Source: Candidatus Omnitrophota bacterium
GTDB lineage: Bacteria; Omnitrophota; Gorgyraeia; JAFGHF01
DNA length: 64,000 nucleotides
Assembly (NCBI GenBank): GCA_020341815.1
Contig: CP070837.1
Coordinates: 1,300,575-1,364,574 of the forward strand
Direction of reading: 5' to 3'
A model generated the notes under the pieces. It was not told the DNA's origin and ran no database searches. It saw nothing but the letters and a program-made list of their open reading frames with translations. Shown here in pieces: positions 30,339 through 41,381 of the stretch (positions are counted from its first letter, which is position 1; the number at the start of each line of letters is the position of its first letter). The translations under genes and the position numbers were made by a program.

Positions 30339-30354
30339 TTATTAGGGAGGTAAA

Positions 30355-31227
30355 ATGAAGGTCTATATCAACGGCAAGTTTTATGAAAAGAAGGATGCCA
30401 AGATTTCCGTATTCGACCACGGCCTTCTCTACGGCGACGGTGTATTTGAGGGCATCCGCTCATACAACCGCCTGGTATTCAAGCTGAAAGAGCATATCGA
30501 CAGGCTCTTTGAATCCGCGCATACCCTGATGCTGGATATCCCTCTTACGAGAAAAGAGATGATGAAGGCGGTGCTTTCTACCTTAAAGACAAACGGGCTT
30601 AAAGATGCCTACATTAGAGTAGTGGTTACCAGAGGCGAAGGGGACCTGGGGCTGGACGTGCGCAAGTGCCGCGGCCGAGCCTGCATAATTATTATCACGG
30701 ATAAGATTACGCTTTACCCCGATAAGCTCTACAAAAAGGGGCTGGAGATAATAACCGTGCCCACGGTGAGAAATTTGCCTGAGGCCTTGAACCCGCAGAT
30801 AAAATCCCTGAATTACCTGAATAATATCCTGGCCAAGATCGAGGCGGTTAACTCGGGAGTCGAAGAGGCGATTATGCTCGATTCTTTGGGCTATGTTGCC
30901 GAATGCACCGGCGACAATATCTTTATTGCCAAGGGCGGACAGCTTTATACCCCGCCGCAGTGCATGGGCACATTAAGGGGGATTACCCGCGATACGGTCT
31001 TAGAGATTGCCGCAAAGAAAAAAATCCTCGGGCATGAGCACGTGCTTACCCGCCATGAACTGTATAATTCAACCGAGGCGTTTTTGACCGGCACCGCAGC
31101 GGAGATTATTCCGGTGGTAAAAGTCGACGGGCGCGTTATCGGAGGAGGAAAGCCGGGCGATATAACCTTAATGCTGATGAAAGAGTTTAAGAAGCTGACC
31201 AAAACAGAGGGCGTGAAATACAAATAA
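30355..31227 (+). CDS. ilvE: Branched-chain amino acid aminotransferase
   Basis: DHGLLYGDGVFEG, IKSLNYLNN, LRGITR, FLTGTAAE. Confidence 0.95.
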   Translation: MKVYINGKFYEKKDAKISVFDHGLLYGDGVFEGIRSYNRLVFKLKEHIDRLFESAHTLMLDIPLTRKEMMKAVLSTLKTNGLKDAYIRVVVTRGEGDLGLDVRKCRGRACIIIITDKITLYPDKLYKKGLEIITVPTVRNLPEALNPQIKSLNYLNNILAKIEAVNSGVEEAIMLDSLGYVAECTGDNIFIAKGGQLYTPPQCMGTLRGITRDTVLEIAAKKKILGHEHVLTRHELYNSTEAFLTGTAAEIIPVVKVDGRVIGGGKPGDITLMLMKEFKKLTKTEGVKYK

Positions 31228-31242
31228 GAGAAAGGGTAAAAT

Positions 31243-31770
31243 ATGGTATGTGATATATGTCATAAGAATGAAGCCAGTGTACATCTGACGGAGATAGTAG
31301 ATAATCAGATTACCGAACTTCACCTCTGTGAGGAATGCGCCCGGCAAAAAGGGGCGCAGATGGAGCAGCATTTTGGCCTGGCCGACCTTTTGGCGGGCCT
31401 GGCCGATTTGGGCCAGCAGTTTGAAGTGGGAGGTAAAAGCGAAATTAAATGTCCCGCCTGCGGCCTGACTTACGAGGACTTTCGGCGCATCGGCCGTCTT
31501 GGCTGCAGCGAGTGTTACGAGGCATTTAAAGACAGCTTAAGCGTTCTCTTAAAGAGAATCCACGGCTCTACGCAGCATCTGGGCCGCTCACCGGCCAAAG
31601 CCAAAACCGAGACGCCGGTTGAGAAAAAATCCGAGGTGAGTATATTGCGCATGAGGCTGCAAAGGGCGATTGAGATGGAGGAATTCGAAGAGGCCGCCCG
31701 CCTGCGGGATAAAATCAGGGCCCTGGAGGCCAAGGAGAAAAAAGAGAAAGAAAACAGGAGAGTGCGATGA
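31243..31770 (+). CDS. mcsA: McsA, arginine-kinase activator
   Basis: Four CxxC motifs, GRLGCSECY, UVR domain (EEFEEAARLRD). Confidence 0.93.
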   Translation: MVCDICHKNEASVHLTEIVDNQITELHLCEECARQKGAQMEQHFGLADLLAGLADLGQQFEVGGKSEIKCPACGLTYEDFRRIGRLGCSECYEAFKDSLSVLLKRIHGSTQHLGRSPAKAKTETPVEKKSEVSILRMRLQRAIEMEEFEEAARLRDKIRALEAKEKKEKENRRVR

Positions 31771-32822
31771 AGCTCAACGATCTAATTAATCAGAACTGCG
31801 AGTGGCTGAAGGGTACCGGGCCCAACTCCAATGTTGTAATCTCCAGCCGGATAAGGCTGGCCAGAAATTTAAGCCGCATTTCCTTTTCTCACTGGGCAAA
31901 TAAAAAGCAGAAAGAAGAGGTCCTCAAAAAGGCAAAAGAGGCCTTTGGCTCCAGCAATTATACAAAAGGGGCGCTTTTCCTGCAGCTGGCCGACCTGAAT
32001 AATCTGGATAAGCAATTCCTGATTGAGCGCCATCTTATCTCCCGGGAGCACGCCATGCGCAGCAATCATAAGGCCGTCTTGGTCGGCGACAGAGAAATCT
32101 TAAGCATTATGGTAAACGAAGAAGACCATTTGAGGATGCAGGTGATGCAGTCGGGCTTTAATCTGGGGGAGGCCTGGCAGATTACCAAAAGGCTTGATGA
32201 AGATTTTGAGAAAAGCTTACAGTTTGCTTATTCGCAGACCTGGGGATATCTGACCGCCTGCCCGACGAACACAGGAACGGGACTGCGGGCCTCGGTAATG
32301 CTGCATTTGCCCGCATTAGTGATGGCCAGGCAGATAAATAAGGTCCTGCAGGCAATTACTAAATTAAACCTGACCGCGCGCGGCTTCTACGGCGAAGGCA
32401 CCGAGGCCAGCGGGAATTTCTTCCAGATATCCAATCAGGTTACCCTGGGTCATTCCGAAGAGGATATCCTGGATAATATCGAAAGGGTCATCAAGCAGGT
32501 CATCGGGCATGAGCAGAATGCCAGACGGGCCCTCTTTGAGCAGGACAGGGCCAGGATTGAGGACCGCATCTGGCGCTCTTTTGCCACGTTAAAGAACGCC
32601 CACATTATTACCAGCAAAGAGGCTATTGATTTGTTTTCCAAGGTCCGCCTGGGCGTAGATATGGGCATACTCAAAGAAGGCCTGGATATCCAGACCATCA
32701 ACCGGATTTTTATTTTGATGCAGCCGGCGCATCTGCAGAAAATCGAACACAAGACACTTTCTGCCCAGGAGAGGGATATGAAACGGGCAGAACTGATCAG
32801 GAAAGAATTAGGAGGGAACTAG
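31767..32822 (+). CDS. mcsB: Protein-arginine kinase McsB
   Basis: SSRIRLARN, NEEDHLR, GYLTACPTNTGTGLRASVMLHLPAL. Confidence 0.95.
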   Translation: MKLNDLINQNCEWLKGTGPNSNVVISSRIRLARNLSRISFSHWANKKQKEEVLKKAKEAFGSSNYTKGALFLQLADLNNLDKQFLIERHLISREHAMRSNHKAVLVGDREILSIMVNEEDHLRMQVMQSGFNLGEAWQITKRLDEDFEKSLQFAYSQTWGYLTACPTNTGTGLRASVMLHLPALVMARQINKVLQAITKLNLTARGFYGEGTEASGNFFQISNQVTLGHSEEDILDNIERVIKQVIGHEQNARRALFEQDRARIEDRIWRSFATLKNAHIITSKEAIDLFSKVRLGVDMGILKEGLDIQTINRIFILMQPAHLQKIEHKTLSAQERDMKRAELIRKELGGN

Positions 32823-32824
32823 AA

Positions 32825-35260
32825 ATGTTCAACCGCTTCACCGAACGGGCAAGAAAGGTGATTATTCTGGCCAAAGAAGAGGCCAAGCGTTTTAATCACG
32901 ACTATATCGGCACCGAGCACATCCTGCTGGGATTAATCCGCGAAGGCGAAGGTGTGGCCAGCGCGGTTTTACAAAATACAGGATTGAATCTGGATAAGAT
33001 AAGGCTGGAGATTGAAAAGCTTGTGCAGCCGGGGCCGACCACGGTTGTTTCCGGGGATATACCTTTTACCCCCCGGGCCAAACGGGTGGTGGAGTTATCA
33101 ATGGAAGAGGCCAGGCAGCTGGGGCATAACTATATCGGCACCGAACACCTGCTTCTGGGGCTTTTGCGCGAAGGCGAAGGCGTAGCCGCGCAGGTGCTCT
33201 TAGCCCTGGGTTTGGATTTAAATAAAGTGAGGACTGAGATAATGGAGCTTTTGGGCCAGGGGATACCCGGCGCTCAGCAGGAGGCAGGTCCCGCCGCAGC
33301 AAGGGCCAAGGGCAAGACCCCGGCTTTGGATGCCTTCGGACGAGATTTAACCGCCCTGGCCAGAGAGGCCAAGCTTGATCCGGTAATCGGCCGGAAAAAT
33401 GAGATTGAGCGGCTGGTTCAGATTTTAAGCCGGCGCACCAAAAACAACCCCGTGCTTTTGGGTGAGGCCGGCGTAGGCAAGACCGCTATCGTAGAGGGCC
33501 TGGCCCAGCAGATTGTCTCGGGAAATATCCCCGAGGTGCTCAAGGATAAACGCATTGTCATAATTGACTTGGCCTTGATGGTTGCCGGGACTAAGTACCG
33601 CGGGCAATTCGAAGAACGCATCAAGGCGGTAATGGACGAGATAAGAAGATCGGAAAACGTGGTAATGTTTATCGATGAGCTGCATACCTTAGTGGGCGCA
33701 GGAGGGGCGGAAGGGGCGATCGATGCCTCTAATATTCTAAAACCCGCTCTTTCCCGGGGAGAGATTCAGTGTATCGGCGCCACTACCATGGATGAATACC
33801 GCAAATATATCGAAAAAGACGCCGCCCTTGAGCGCAGATTCCAGACTATTATGGTGGATCCCCCGACGGTGGATGAGACAATACAGATATTAAAGGGCTT
33901 GAGAGACAAATACGAGGCCCATCACAAAGTCAAGTTTACCGACGAGGCTCTTGAGCAGGCGGTTAAGCTCTCCGATAGATATATCAGCGGCCGCTATTTG
34001 CCCGATAAGGCCGTTGACCTGATTGATGAGTCCGGGGCAAAGGCCAGGCTTTCAGCGCTTATGGCCCCTCCTGATTTGCAGGAGAAGGAGAAGAATATAG
34101 AGGAGCTGCATAAGGAAAAGCAGGCGGCGATAAAGAGTCAGGATTTTGAGAAGGCCGCCAAGTTCAGGGACGAGGAGCGCGAGGCTAAGGCCGAGCTGCA
34201 AAAACTAAAAGATACCTGGAACAAGAAAAAGGTAGAGGTAACACCCACCGTAACCGATGAAGATATTGCCCAGATAGTGTCCAAATGGACGGGTATTCCC
34301 ATCTCCAGACTGGAGGAGAAGGAGTCGGAGCGGCTTCTGAAGATGGAAGAGAACATACACAAAATGGTAGTCGGCCAGGATGAGGCTATTGCCGCTATTG
34401 CCCGCGCGGTAAGACGTTCCCGCGCCGGCATCAAAGACCCCCGCCGGCCTATCGGCTCTTTTGTGTTTTTGGGACCCACCGGCGTGGGAAAGACGCTACT
34501 GGCAAGAGCCCTGGCAGAGTTTATGTTCGGTAACGAGAATGCCCTGATTCAGCTGGATATGTCGGAGTATATGGAGAAGTTTAATGTCTCGCGTCTTGTG
34601 GGTGCGCCTCCGGGTTATGTGGGTTATGAAGAGGGAGGCCAGCTTACGGAGAAGGTAAGGCGCAGGCCTTATTCGGTGGTCCTGCTCGATGAAATCGAAA
34701 AGGCCCATCCGGATGTATTTAATATACTTCTTCAGGTCTTGGAAGACGGGCGGCTCACCGACAGCTTCGGCCGCAAAGTGGATTTTCGCAATACCATTTT
34801 GATTATGACCTCCAATATCGGCGCAGAGATACTCAAGAAGCAGGGCTCTTTGGGCTTCAAGTCGCAAAAAGAAGAGGTTACTTTTCAGGAGATGAAGAAG
34901 AAGTTATTGGATGAGGTGAGCCGAACCTTCAAACCGGAGTTCTTAAATCGTATCGACGATATAACCGTTTTTCACCCCTTAACAAAAGACGACCTCTATA
35001 AAATAATAGATATTGAGGTTGGGCACGTCCAGAAGAGGTTAAGCGAGCAGGACATTACGCTTGAGCTGACTAAAAGCGCCAAAGAGTTCCTCATCGATAA
35101 AGGATTTAATCCCGTATTCGGCGCCCGTCCCTTAAAACGGACCATCCAGAGGTATCTGGAAGATCCGCTTTCGGAGGAGATAATCAGCAAGAAATTTAAG
35201 AAATCCAGAAAGATAAAAGTATCTTGCGAAAAAGGAAAGAGTGAGCTTAGTTTTACTTAG
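32825..35260 (+). CDS. clpC: ATP-dependent Clp protease ATPase ClpC
   Basis: Clp-N repeats, GEAGVGKT and GPTGVGKT Walker A motifs, UVR middle domain. Confidence 0.97.
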   Translation: MFNRFTERARKVIILAKEEAKRFNHDYIGTEHILLGLIREGEGVASAVLQNTGLNLDKIRLEIEKLVQPGPTTVVSGDIPFTPRAKRVVELSMEEARQLGHNYIGTEHLLLGLLREGEGVAAQVLLALGLDLNKVRTEIMELLGQGIPGAQQEAGPAAARAKGKTPALDAFGRDLTALAREAKLDPVIGRKNEIERLVQILSRRTKNNPVLLGEAGVGKTAIVEGLAQQIVSGNIPEVLKDKRIVIIDLALMVAGTKYRGQFEERIKAVMDEIRRSENVVMFIDELHTLVGAGGAEGAIDASNILKPALSRGEIQCIGATTMDEYRKYIEKDAALERRFQTIMVDPPTVDETIQILKGLRDKYEAHHKVKFTDEALEQAVKLSDRYISGRYLPDKAVDLIDESGAKARLSALMAPPDLQEKEKNIEELHKEKQAAIKSQDFEKAAKFRDEEREAKAELQKLKDTWNKKKVEVTPTVTDEDIAQIVSKWTGIPISRLEEKESERLLKMEENIHKMVVGQDEAIAAIARAVRRSRAGIKDPRRPIGSFVFLGPTGVGKTLLARALAEFMFGNENALIQLDMSEYMEKFNVSRLVGAPPGYVGYEEGGQLTEKVRRRPYSVVLLDEIEKAHPDVFNILLQVLEDGRLTDSFGRKVDFRNTILIMTSNIGAEILKKQGSLGFKSQKEEVTFQEMKKKLLDEVSRTFKPEFLNRIDDITVFHPLTKDDLYKIIDIEVGHVQKRLSEQDITLELTKSAKEFLIDKGFNPVFGARPLKRTIQRYLEDPLSEEIISKKFKKSRKIKVSCEKGKSELSFT

Positions 35261-35268
35261 GCCTTGTC

Positions 35269-36678
35269 ATGCGCAACAGGCATAGAAGCATTAAGAAGCT
35301 TGTGCTTTTTCTACTGCTGTTATCGACGGCGGTTGTTTTTGCTTACGGAAGAAGAGAGGCCTTTTTCCAGCAGGCGAAAAAGCTGATTAAGCAAAAACTG
35401 GAGAGGAGATTTTCACCCGCAGAGCTTTCCATCGGAAAGATAAAGGCGGGCCTGTTTTATGGCCTGGTGCTGAAAGAGGTGAAAATCAAGTTTTCCCATT
35501 TCAATGTCGAGATTGCCGAGGCTTTAGTTAATTATAACCTCTGGCAGAATGTTTTTGGCCTGGGGAAAGAAGCGGCGGACGGCTCAAGGCAGCGAGGCGA
35601 GCTTGTATGTACGCTTGATGGCGGAAAGATTTTTTTAGGCGAAGCCCCTCTGCTTAAAGATTTGGAGGGTAAACTCCTCTTGGGCCAAAAAGGATTAACT
35701 TTCGAGGAAATCAGCGGTTCTTTTAAGGGCGGCCCCCGCCAGGCCTTGAAATTGCATGGGGAGGCGACAGAGGAGGCCCTGACTCTTACGGCAAATCTTG
35801 AGCGTTCAAGCTTTGGCAGCCTCGATGTCTTAACCAATCTTAATTTGACTTTGGATAAAAAACTTAATCTTTATGACGATAGCGCCAAGACCTGCGGGAG
35901 GCTAACAACCTACGGCTCTGTACTGAATAAGCAGCCATTCCCTGAGCTTAACGCCTCTTTTGAGATTCAGGATGGAAAACTGCGCATACTTACCTGCAGC
36001 CTGGGAGACAGTTACGACTTGCGCGGTATTATCGGCTTATCGGCTCCCTATGAGGCAAATCTATCTTTAAACTTTAACCAGGCCGCACCCCACGAATTCA
36101 TATCTCGGCTGGGCCCGCTCTCAAAAGGCGCAAGGGCGCAGCTTGGCGTCGGGGGGCAGCCGGATTTTTCCGGTTTAGTCAACGGCCTGATTAAGGCCAG
36201 CGGCCCCCTCAAGCGCCCCAGGATAGAAGGGTGCCTGGAAGTGATGGAGGGACATATCGGCGATTTGGATTTTGCCAGCGCCGATATCAATATAAAAGGC
36301 CGCTATCCGCGACTTTTTGTCGTTGACTCGCGTATTTGCCGGGAGGATGGATTTTTCATTATGGAAGGGGAAATGGATTTCAGTAATTTAGCAGGGCAAA
36401 AAGTCCTGGATATAAAATTCAAGAGTGATAAAGGTATGCTCTGGCAGGGCTGGGATATAACGCGCAATTCCGACAACGACGTGCATGCCTCCAAAAGCAT
36501 CGCCGAGGATGTAAAGGTCACCTTTGACAGCTTTATGGAAGGAACAAGAGATAACCTGGAGAACGATTATACAAATGAATTGGGCCTGGAGTGCAGAATC
36601 TTTGGCGATAAACTCCTCAGACTGCGCCTGCGCAAAGAAGAGGAAATCTTAGGCGTTGAGCGCAAGATTAGGTTTTGA
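35269..36678 (+). CDS. Membrane-anchored beta-rich protein, possibly AsmA/TamB-like
   Basis: N-terminal anchor, repeated beta motifs (SGPLKRPRIEG), adjacent to mlaEFD. Confidence 0.45.
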   Translation: MRNRHRSIKKLVLFLLLLSTAVVFAYGRREAFFQQAKKLIKQKLERRFSPAELSIGKIKAGLFYGLVLKEVKIKFSHFNVEIAEALVNYNLWQNVFGLGKEAADGSRQRGELVCTLDGGKIFLGEAPLLKDLEGKLLLGQKGLTFEEISGSFKGGPRQALKLHGEATEEALTLTANLERSSFGSLDVLTNLNLTLDKKLNLYDDSAKTCGRLTTYGSVLNKQPFPELNASFEIQDGKLRILTCSLGDSYDLRGIIGLSAPYEANLSLNFNQAAPHEFISRLGPLSKGARAQLGVGGQPDFSGLVNGLIKASGPLKRPRIEGCLEVMEGHIGDLDFASADINIKGRYPRLFVVDSRICREDGFFIMEGEMDFSNLAGQKVLDIKFKSDKGMLWQGWDITRNSDNDVHASKSIAEDVKVTFDSFMEGTRDNLENDYTNELGLECRIFGDKLLRLRLRKEEEILGVERKIRF

Positions 36679-36686
36679 TTGAGGCT

Positions 36687-36828
36687 GTCCCTTGCTTAAA
36701 CAAGGGGAAATTCTCTTCGACAATTTCCCTCTTAAGCTGCGGGATTAATTCGCACAAGCTAACGTAGAAAAACTGAAGGAGATGAACTTACGAAAATTAT
36801 AAATTTTTGTAAGTTCAGTGCTCATTAA
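36687..36828. repeat. Composite hairpin array, locus 2 (same two-unit order as 8182-8294)
   Basis: GTCCC..GCTTAA..GGGAAATT/AATTTCCC..TTAAGC..CGGGAT, then TTAATTCGCAC...TGAACTTACGAAAATT/AATTTTTGTAAGTTCA GTGCTCATTAA. Confidence 0.75.
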
Positions 36829-36829
36829 A

Positions 36830-37606
36830 ATGAAAGATTGTCTTAGCATATTGGGAAAGAAAATGTTGGACGGCCTGCATTATACCGGAGAGCTTTTTCT
36901 TTTAGGTATAAGGGCTCTGCATGGAATATTCACAAGCCGCCTTAAACGCAGGCAGGTTATTGCCCAGATGAGCAAAATCGGCACAGATAGTTTGTTTATC
37001 GTCTCGCTCTGCTCTTTATTTGTAGGAATAGTTTTGGTTTTTCAGAGCGCCTATCAGATGCAGAAGCTGGGGGCGGAGAAGTTTATTGCCCATCTGGTGG
37101 CCCTTTCTATGTGCCGTGAGCTGGGGCCGGTTTTTACCGCATTGATAATAGCCGGAAGGGCCGGCGCTTCTATCAGCGCAGAGCTTGGCACAATGAAGGT
37201 TACCGAGCAAATCGATGCCTTGGAGACCATGGCCGCCAATCCCATTAAATATTTGATCTCTCCCAGATTTCTGGCTCTGGCGACCATGCTGCCTCTTTTG
37301 ACTATCTATGCCAATTTTATCGGCATAGTAGGCGGTTATATGGTGGCGGTCTGGAAATTAGGGCTCACCTCGGCTATGTATATAAACTCAACCTTCGATG
37401 CCTTAGTCTTAAAAGACATATTCAGCGGTCTTTTTAAGTCGGTAGTCTTTGCCATGATTATTTGTATCGTCTCCTGTTATCAGGGCCTGCGCACCGAAGG
37501 CGGGGCCGAAGGGGTGGGTAAAGCCACAACCTTGGCGGTAGTGGTTTCATTCGTGTTGATTATTGCTGCGGATTGCCTGTTTACCGCATTTTTCTATTTT
37601 ATATAA
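36830..37606 (+). CDS. mlaE: MlaE-family ABC permease
   Basis: RELGPVFTALIIAGRAG, AELGTMKVTEQIDALE, GGAEGVGKATT. Confidence 0.92.
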   Translation: MKDCLSILGKKMLDGLHYTGELFLLGIRALHGIFTSRLKRRQVIAQMSKIGTDSLFIVSLCSLFVGIVLVFQSAYQMQKLGAEKFIAHLVALSMCRELGPVFTALIIAGRAGASISAELGTMKVTEQIDALETMAANPIKYLISPRFLALATMLPLLTIYANFIGIVGGYMVAVWKLGLTSAMYINSTFDALVLKDIFSGLFKSVVFAMIICIVSCYQGLRTEGGAEGVGKATTLAVVVSFVLIIAADCLFTAFFYFI

Positions 37607-37608
37607 CT

Positions 37609-38352
37609 ATGATAGAAATCATTAATCTCTGCAAATCATTCGAGGAGCACCAGGTCTTAAAAAACCTTAATCTCACTATTAACAAGGGCGAGACTTCCGT
37701 AATTATCGGCTGTTCCGGCTGCGGCAAAAGCGTCTTGCTTAAAAGTATCATCGGCCTTTTGAAGCCCGACTCAGGCCAGGTGATTATCGATGAAGAGGAT
37801 GTAACCCGGCTTAATGAAGAAGGACTTAACCGCCTGCGGCTTAAGTTCGGGATGCTTTTTCAGGGCGCGGCCCTTTTTGATTCTCTGAGCGTGGGCGAGA
37901 ACGTGGGATTTATTTTGCGCGAACATACCGATACGGATGAGGCCACCATAGCAAAGAGGGTCAGGGAAAGCCTGGATTTAGTGGGCCTTGAAGGAATAGA
38001 GGATTTGATGCCCTCCGAATTGAGCGGAGGTATGAAAAAAAGAGCGGCCCTTGCCCGGGCGATTTGCGCCCGCCCGAAAATTATCCTGTATGATGAGCCG
38101 ACTACCGGGGTCGATCCTATCCGGGCCGATGCCATTAATACATTAATCCGCCGGCTCCATGATAAACTTGAGGTTACCTCTGTTGCCGTGACCCACGATA
38201 TGGTCAGCGCCTACAAGATTGCCGACAGAATCTGCATGCTTTATGACGGAAAGATTATAGAAAGCGGAAGCGTCGAAGAAATCAAAAACAGCAAACACCC
38301 TGTGGTGCAGCAGTTTATCAGCGGTGCAGCCCAGGGGCCTATTGAGACTTAA
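37609..38352 (+). CDS. mlaF: MlaF-family ABC ATPase
   Basis: GCSGCGKS, FQGAALFDSL, LSGGMKKR, YDEPTTG. Confidence 0.92.
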   Translation: MIEIINLCKSFEEHQVLKNLNLTINKGETSVIIGCSGCGKSVLLKSIIGLLKPDSGQVIIDEEDVTRLNEEGLNRLRLKFGMLFQGAALFDSLSVGENVGFILREHTDTDEATIAKRVRESLDLVGLEGIEDLMPSELSGGMKKRAALARAICARPKIILYDEPTTGVDPIRADAINTLIRRLHDKLEVTSVAVTHDMVSAYKIADRICMLYDGKIIESGSVEEIKNSKHPVVQQFISGAAQGPIET

Positions 38353-38382
38353 AGCCTTTATTTTTTAAATCGAGGAGGAGGT

Positions 38383-39027
38383 ATGATAAATAAGCAGAAC
38401 CTTGAATTGAAGGTAGGCATATTCGCTTTTATCGCTTTAGTAATTTTAATCCTGGCTATATTCTCTATCAGCGAAATTCATATCTTCCGTCCGGGGTATT
38501 TGATCGAGATAACTTTCGCTTTCGCCAGTGGCATCGATGTGGGGGCCATAGTAAGGGTCGCGGGGATAGAAGCGGGAGAGGTCAGGGATGTACAGATGTT
38601 TTATGATAAAAATAAAGCCGAACCCAAAATAGTGCTTTCGGTTTGGCTGAATAAGGATATAAAGATTCCTCGGGATTCCTGCGCCTATGTCAGCGTCTCC
38701 GGTTTTATCGGCGATACATACCTGGAGATTATTCCGGGTGGGGATTACACCCATTTATTAAAAGAGGGGGATGTATTAGTAGGGCGCGACCCTTTGAGTC
38801 CGGAGACCTTGATGGACCTGGCGCATAAGGTTGCCGCCGACCTCGACAATGTCCTGGGTTCGGTGGATGAGGTTTTGGATGAAGAGACAACAGTGGCCTT
38901 GAAAGAGACGATTCATAATTTCCGTGACTTTTCCCAGAGCCTTAAAGTTATAACCGGCCGCCTGGAACGCGGAGAGGGAAAGTTAGGCGCCTGGCTCAAG
39001 CCCAAGAAATCGCGCAAGAAGAAATAA
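38383..39027 (+). CDS. mlaD: MlaD/MCE-domain protein
   Basis: ELKVG, FASGI..GAIVRVAGI..GEV, GFIGDTYLEI.PG. Confidence 0.88.
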   Translation: MINKQNLELKVGIFAFIALVILILAIFSISEIHIFRPGYLIEITFAFASGIDVGAIVRVAGIEAGEVRDVQMFYDKNKAEPKIVLSVWLNKDIKIPRDSCAYVSVSGFIGDTYLEIIPGGDYTHLLKEGDVLVGRDPLSPETLMDLAHKVAADLDNVLGSVDEVLDEETTVALKETIHNFRDFSQSLKVITGRLERGEGKLGAWLKPKKSRKKK

Positions 39028-40416
39028 ATGGCTAAAGTAAAGAGTATATTTACCTGTCAGCAATGCGGATATCAATCAGCAAAGTGGTTAGGCCGCTGCC
39101 CCGATTGCAATAACTGGAATAGCTTAACAGAAGAGACCCAAATTAGGGAAACCCGTCCCTCCTTGCGTCAATTCGCCAATCCCCAGCCGCCTCAGCTTCT
39201 TTCGGATGTTCAGGGTTCCGATGAGATAAGGCAGTCCACCAATATAGAAGAATTGGACAGAATTCTGGGGGGAGGGATAGTTTCGGGTTCGGTGGTTTTG
39301 GTGGGAGGTGAGCCCGGTATCGGCAAATCCACCCTTTTGCTTCAGGCCTGCCTCGCCGCTTGCAGGCGGGCCTGCCAAAAACTTGCCAGCGCTTCCAGCT
39401 CTATCCTTTATGTAAGCGCAGAGGAATCAATTCAGCAGACCAAGCTCAGGGCTTTACGACTGGGTGAGATACCCAAAGACCTTTATATAGTCAGCGAAAC
39501 AAACGTAGACTTAATTACCCAATACGTCAGAAAGCTATCTCCGGCTTTGGTGGTGATTGACTCTATCCAGGTGATGTATAACCCGGATCTTTCTTCCGGA
39601 GCCGGCAGCGTCAGCCAGGTGAGGGAGTGCTCCGGAGTTCTTACGGCGCTGGCCAAAGCAAGCAACATCCCTGTATTTTTAGTCGGACACGTAACCAAAG
39701 AGGGGTATCTTGCCGGCCCCCGCGTCTTGGAGCATATGGTTGATACGGTGCTCTATTTTGAGGGCCAGAGAGAAACTTCTTTCAGGATTTTAAGGGCGGT
39801 AAAAAACAGATTTGGTTCAACTAATGAAATCGGGGTTTTTCAGATGACCGGTTGCGGCCTGGCTCAGGTAAACAACCCTTCCCAGCTTTTGCTTGCCCAG
39901 CGGCCGAAACAGGCCGCGGGCTCGGTGGTAGTTCCCTGCATTGAAGGGACGCGTCCGCTTCTGGTGGAAATTCAGGCTTTGGTCAGCCGCTCGGGGCTGG
40001 TAATGCCCCGGCGCTGGTGCTCGGGGTTAGACTATAACCGGATTGCCCTTTTGATTGCGGTTTTGGAGAAGCGCGCGGGGCTGGGCCTGGCGAGTCAGGA
40101 TATTTTTGTTAATGTGGTCGGAGGCATCAAGGTCCAGGAGCCGGCCATAGACTTAGGCATTGCCGTGGCAGTTGCCTCCAGTCTGAAAGAGGCGCCTGTC
40201 GAGCAGCAAGACATTGTTCTGGGAGAGATAGGTTTGGGGGCGGAGGTGCGCGGGGTAACCCAGCCTGAGGTTAGAATAAAGGAGGCCCAGAGACTGGGCT
40301 TTAAGCGTTGCATTATTGCCAAGAATAATCTTAAGAGCCTCAAAATCAAAGGCTCCATTGAACTGATAGGTGTGGAAACGGTAAGCGAAGCCCTGGAGGC
40401 GGTTTTAAAAAAATGA
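39028..40416 (+). CDS. radA: DNA repair protein RadA/Sms
   Basis: CQQCG..KWLGRCPDC zinc finger, GGEPGIGKST, KNRFG. Confidence 0.97.
   Translation: MAKVKSIFTCQQCGYQSAKWLGRCPDCNNWNSLTEETQIRETRPSLRQFANPQPPQLLSDVQGSDEIRQSTNIEELDRILGGGIVSGSVVLVGGEPGIGKSTLLLQACLAACRRACQKLASASSSILYVSAEESIQQTKLRALRLGEIPKDLYIVSETNVDLITQYVRKLSPALVVIDSIQVMYNPDLSSGAGSVSQVRECSGVLTALAKASNIPVFLVGHVTKEGYLAGPRVLEHMVDTVLYFEGQRETSFRILRAVKNRFGSTNEIGVFQMTGCGLAQVNNPSQLLLAQRPKQAAGSVVVPCIEGTRPLLVEIQALVSRSGLVMPRRWCSGLDYNRIALLIAVLEKRAGLGLASQDIFVNVVGGIKVQEPAIDLGIAVAVASSLKEAPVEQQDIVLGEIGLGAEVRGVTQPEVRIKEAQRLGFKRCIIAKNNLKSLKIKGSIELIGVETVSEALEAVLKK
39345..39376 (+). repeat. 24-bp in-frame palindromic insertion in radA
   Basis: GGCCTGCC repeated 24 bp apart (39345, 39369) around the hairpin CCGCTT-GC-AGGCGG. 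Confidence 0.65.
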
Positions 40417-41381
40417 AGATGAAAAGGATTGGTTTATTGACCAGCGGCGGGGATTGCCCCGGGATGAATGCCTGTATCCGCAGTGTGGTGCGCACGGCCA
40501 TCTATAAGGGCCTGGAGGTCTACGGCATTTTTAAAGGTTATCAGGGCTTGATTGAGGGTCAGGTTAAGGCGCTCGATCGCCGCTCGGTTTCCAATATCTT
40601 GACTCACGGAGGCACAATGCTTAAGACCGCCCGCTCTCCGGAGTTTAAGACCGCCGCCGGCCAGAACAAGGCTAAGCGCGTAATTGAGCAAAACGGGCTT
40701 GAGGGCCTGGTGGTAATCGGAGGGGACGGTTCATTTCGCGGGGCGCACCGGCTCTGGCAGAGATGGAAGTTTCCGGTAATAGGGGTGCCGGCCACTATCG
40801 ATAATGATATCAACGGCACCGACGCAACTATCGGCGCGGACACCGCGGTAGATACCGCACTATACGCAATAGATAAGATAAGGGATACGGTTACTTCCTT
40901 AGAAAGAATATTTGTCATTGAGGTTATGGGTAGAGGCTCAGGCTATATTGCCCTGGAGGTCGGGCTTGCCGGTGGGGCCGAGGATATCATTATCCCCGAG
41001 AGGCGCTATAATATAGATAAGATGTGCGCCGATATCCGCACAGGCCACAAAAAAGGAAAAATCAGCTGGATAATCGTTGTGGCCGAGGGTGCAGCAAGCG
41101 CTGCCGATGTAGCCGCAAAGATTACCCGCAAGACGCATCTTGAGACCAGAGTCAGCGTCTTAGGGCACATCCAGCGGGGCGGTTCTCCTTCGGCGGATGA
41201 TCGCATCCTGGCTACGCATCTGGGGGCGGAGGCGGTAAAGTGTCTGATCAGGGGTGAGCGGGATAAAATGGTGGGCATGGTCAATAATCGCGTCAAAACG
41301 GTGGATTTAAGTTATGCCGTCAAAAAGAAGAAAATAAATACAGAGGTTTTGTATCGTTTAATCCGCATACTAGCACTGTAA
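40413..41381 (+). CDS. pfkA: 6-phosphofructokinase
   Basis: TSGGDCPGMN, GGDGS, TIDND, EVMGR, LGHIQRGG. Confidence 0.96.
   Translation: MKMKRIGLLTSGGDCPGMNACIRSVVRTAIYKGLEVYGIFKGYQGLIEGQVKALDRRSVSNILTHGGTMLKTARSPEFKTAAGQNKAKRVIEQNGLEGLVVIGGDGSFRGAHRLWQRWKFPVIGVPATIDNDINGTDATIGADTAVDTALYAIDKIRDTVTSLERIFVIEVMGRGSGYIALEVGLAGGAEDIIIPERRYNIDKMCADIRTGHKKGKISWIIVVAEGAASAADVAAKITRKTHLETRVSVLGHIQRGGSPSADDRILATHLGAEAVKCLIRGERDKMVGMVNNRVKTVDLSYAVKKKKINTEVLYRLIRILAL

Noticed and set aside
32895-33195. Direct repeat in the clpC 5' region
   Set aside because: Normal duplicated Clp-N domain.
33739-33756. AAACCCGCTCTTTCC in clpC resembling the left TIR
   Set aside because: Encodes the conserved LKPALSRG motif; only three C residues and no right end.
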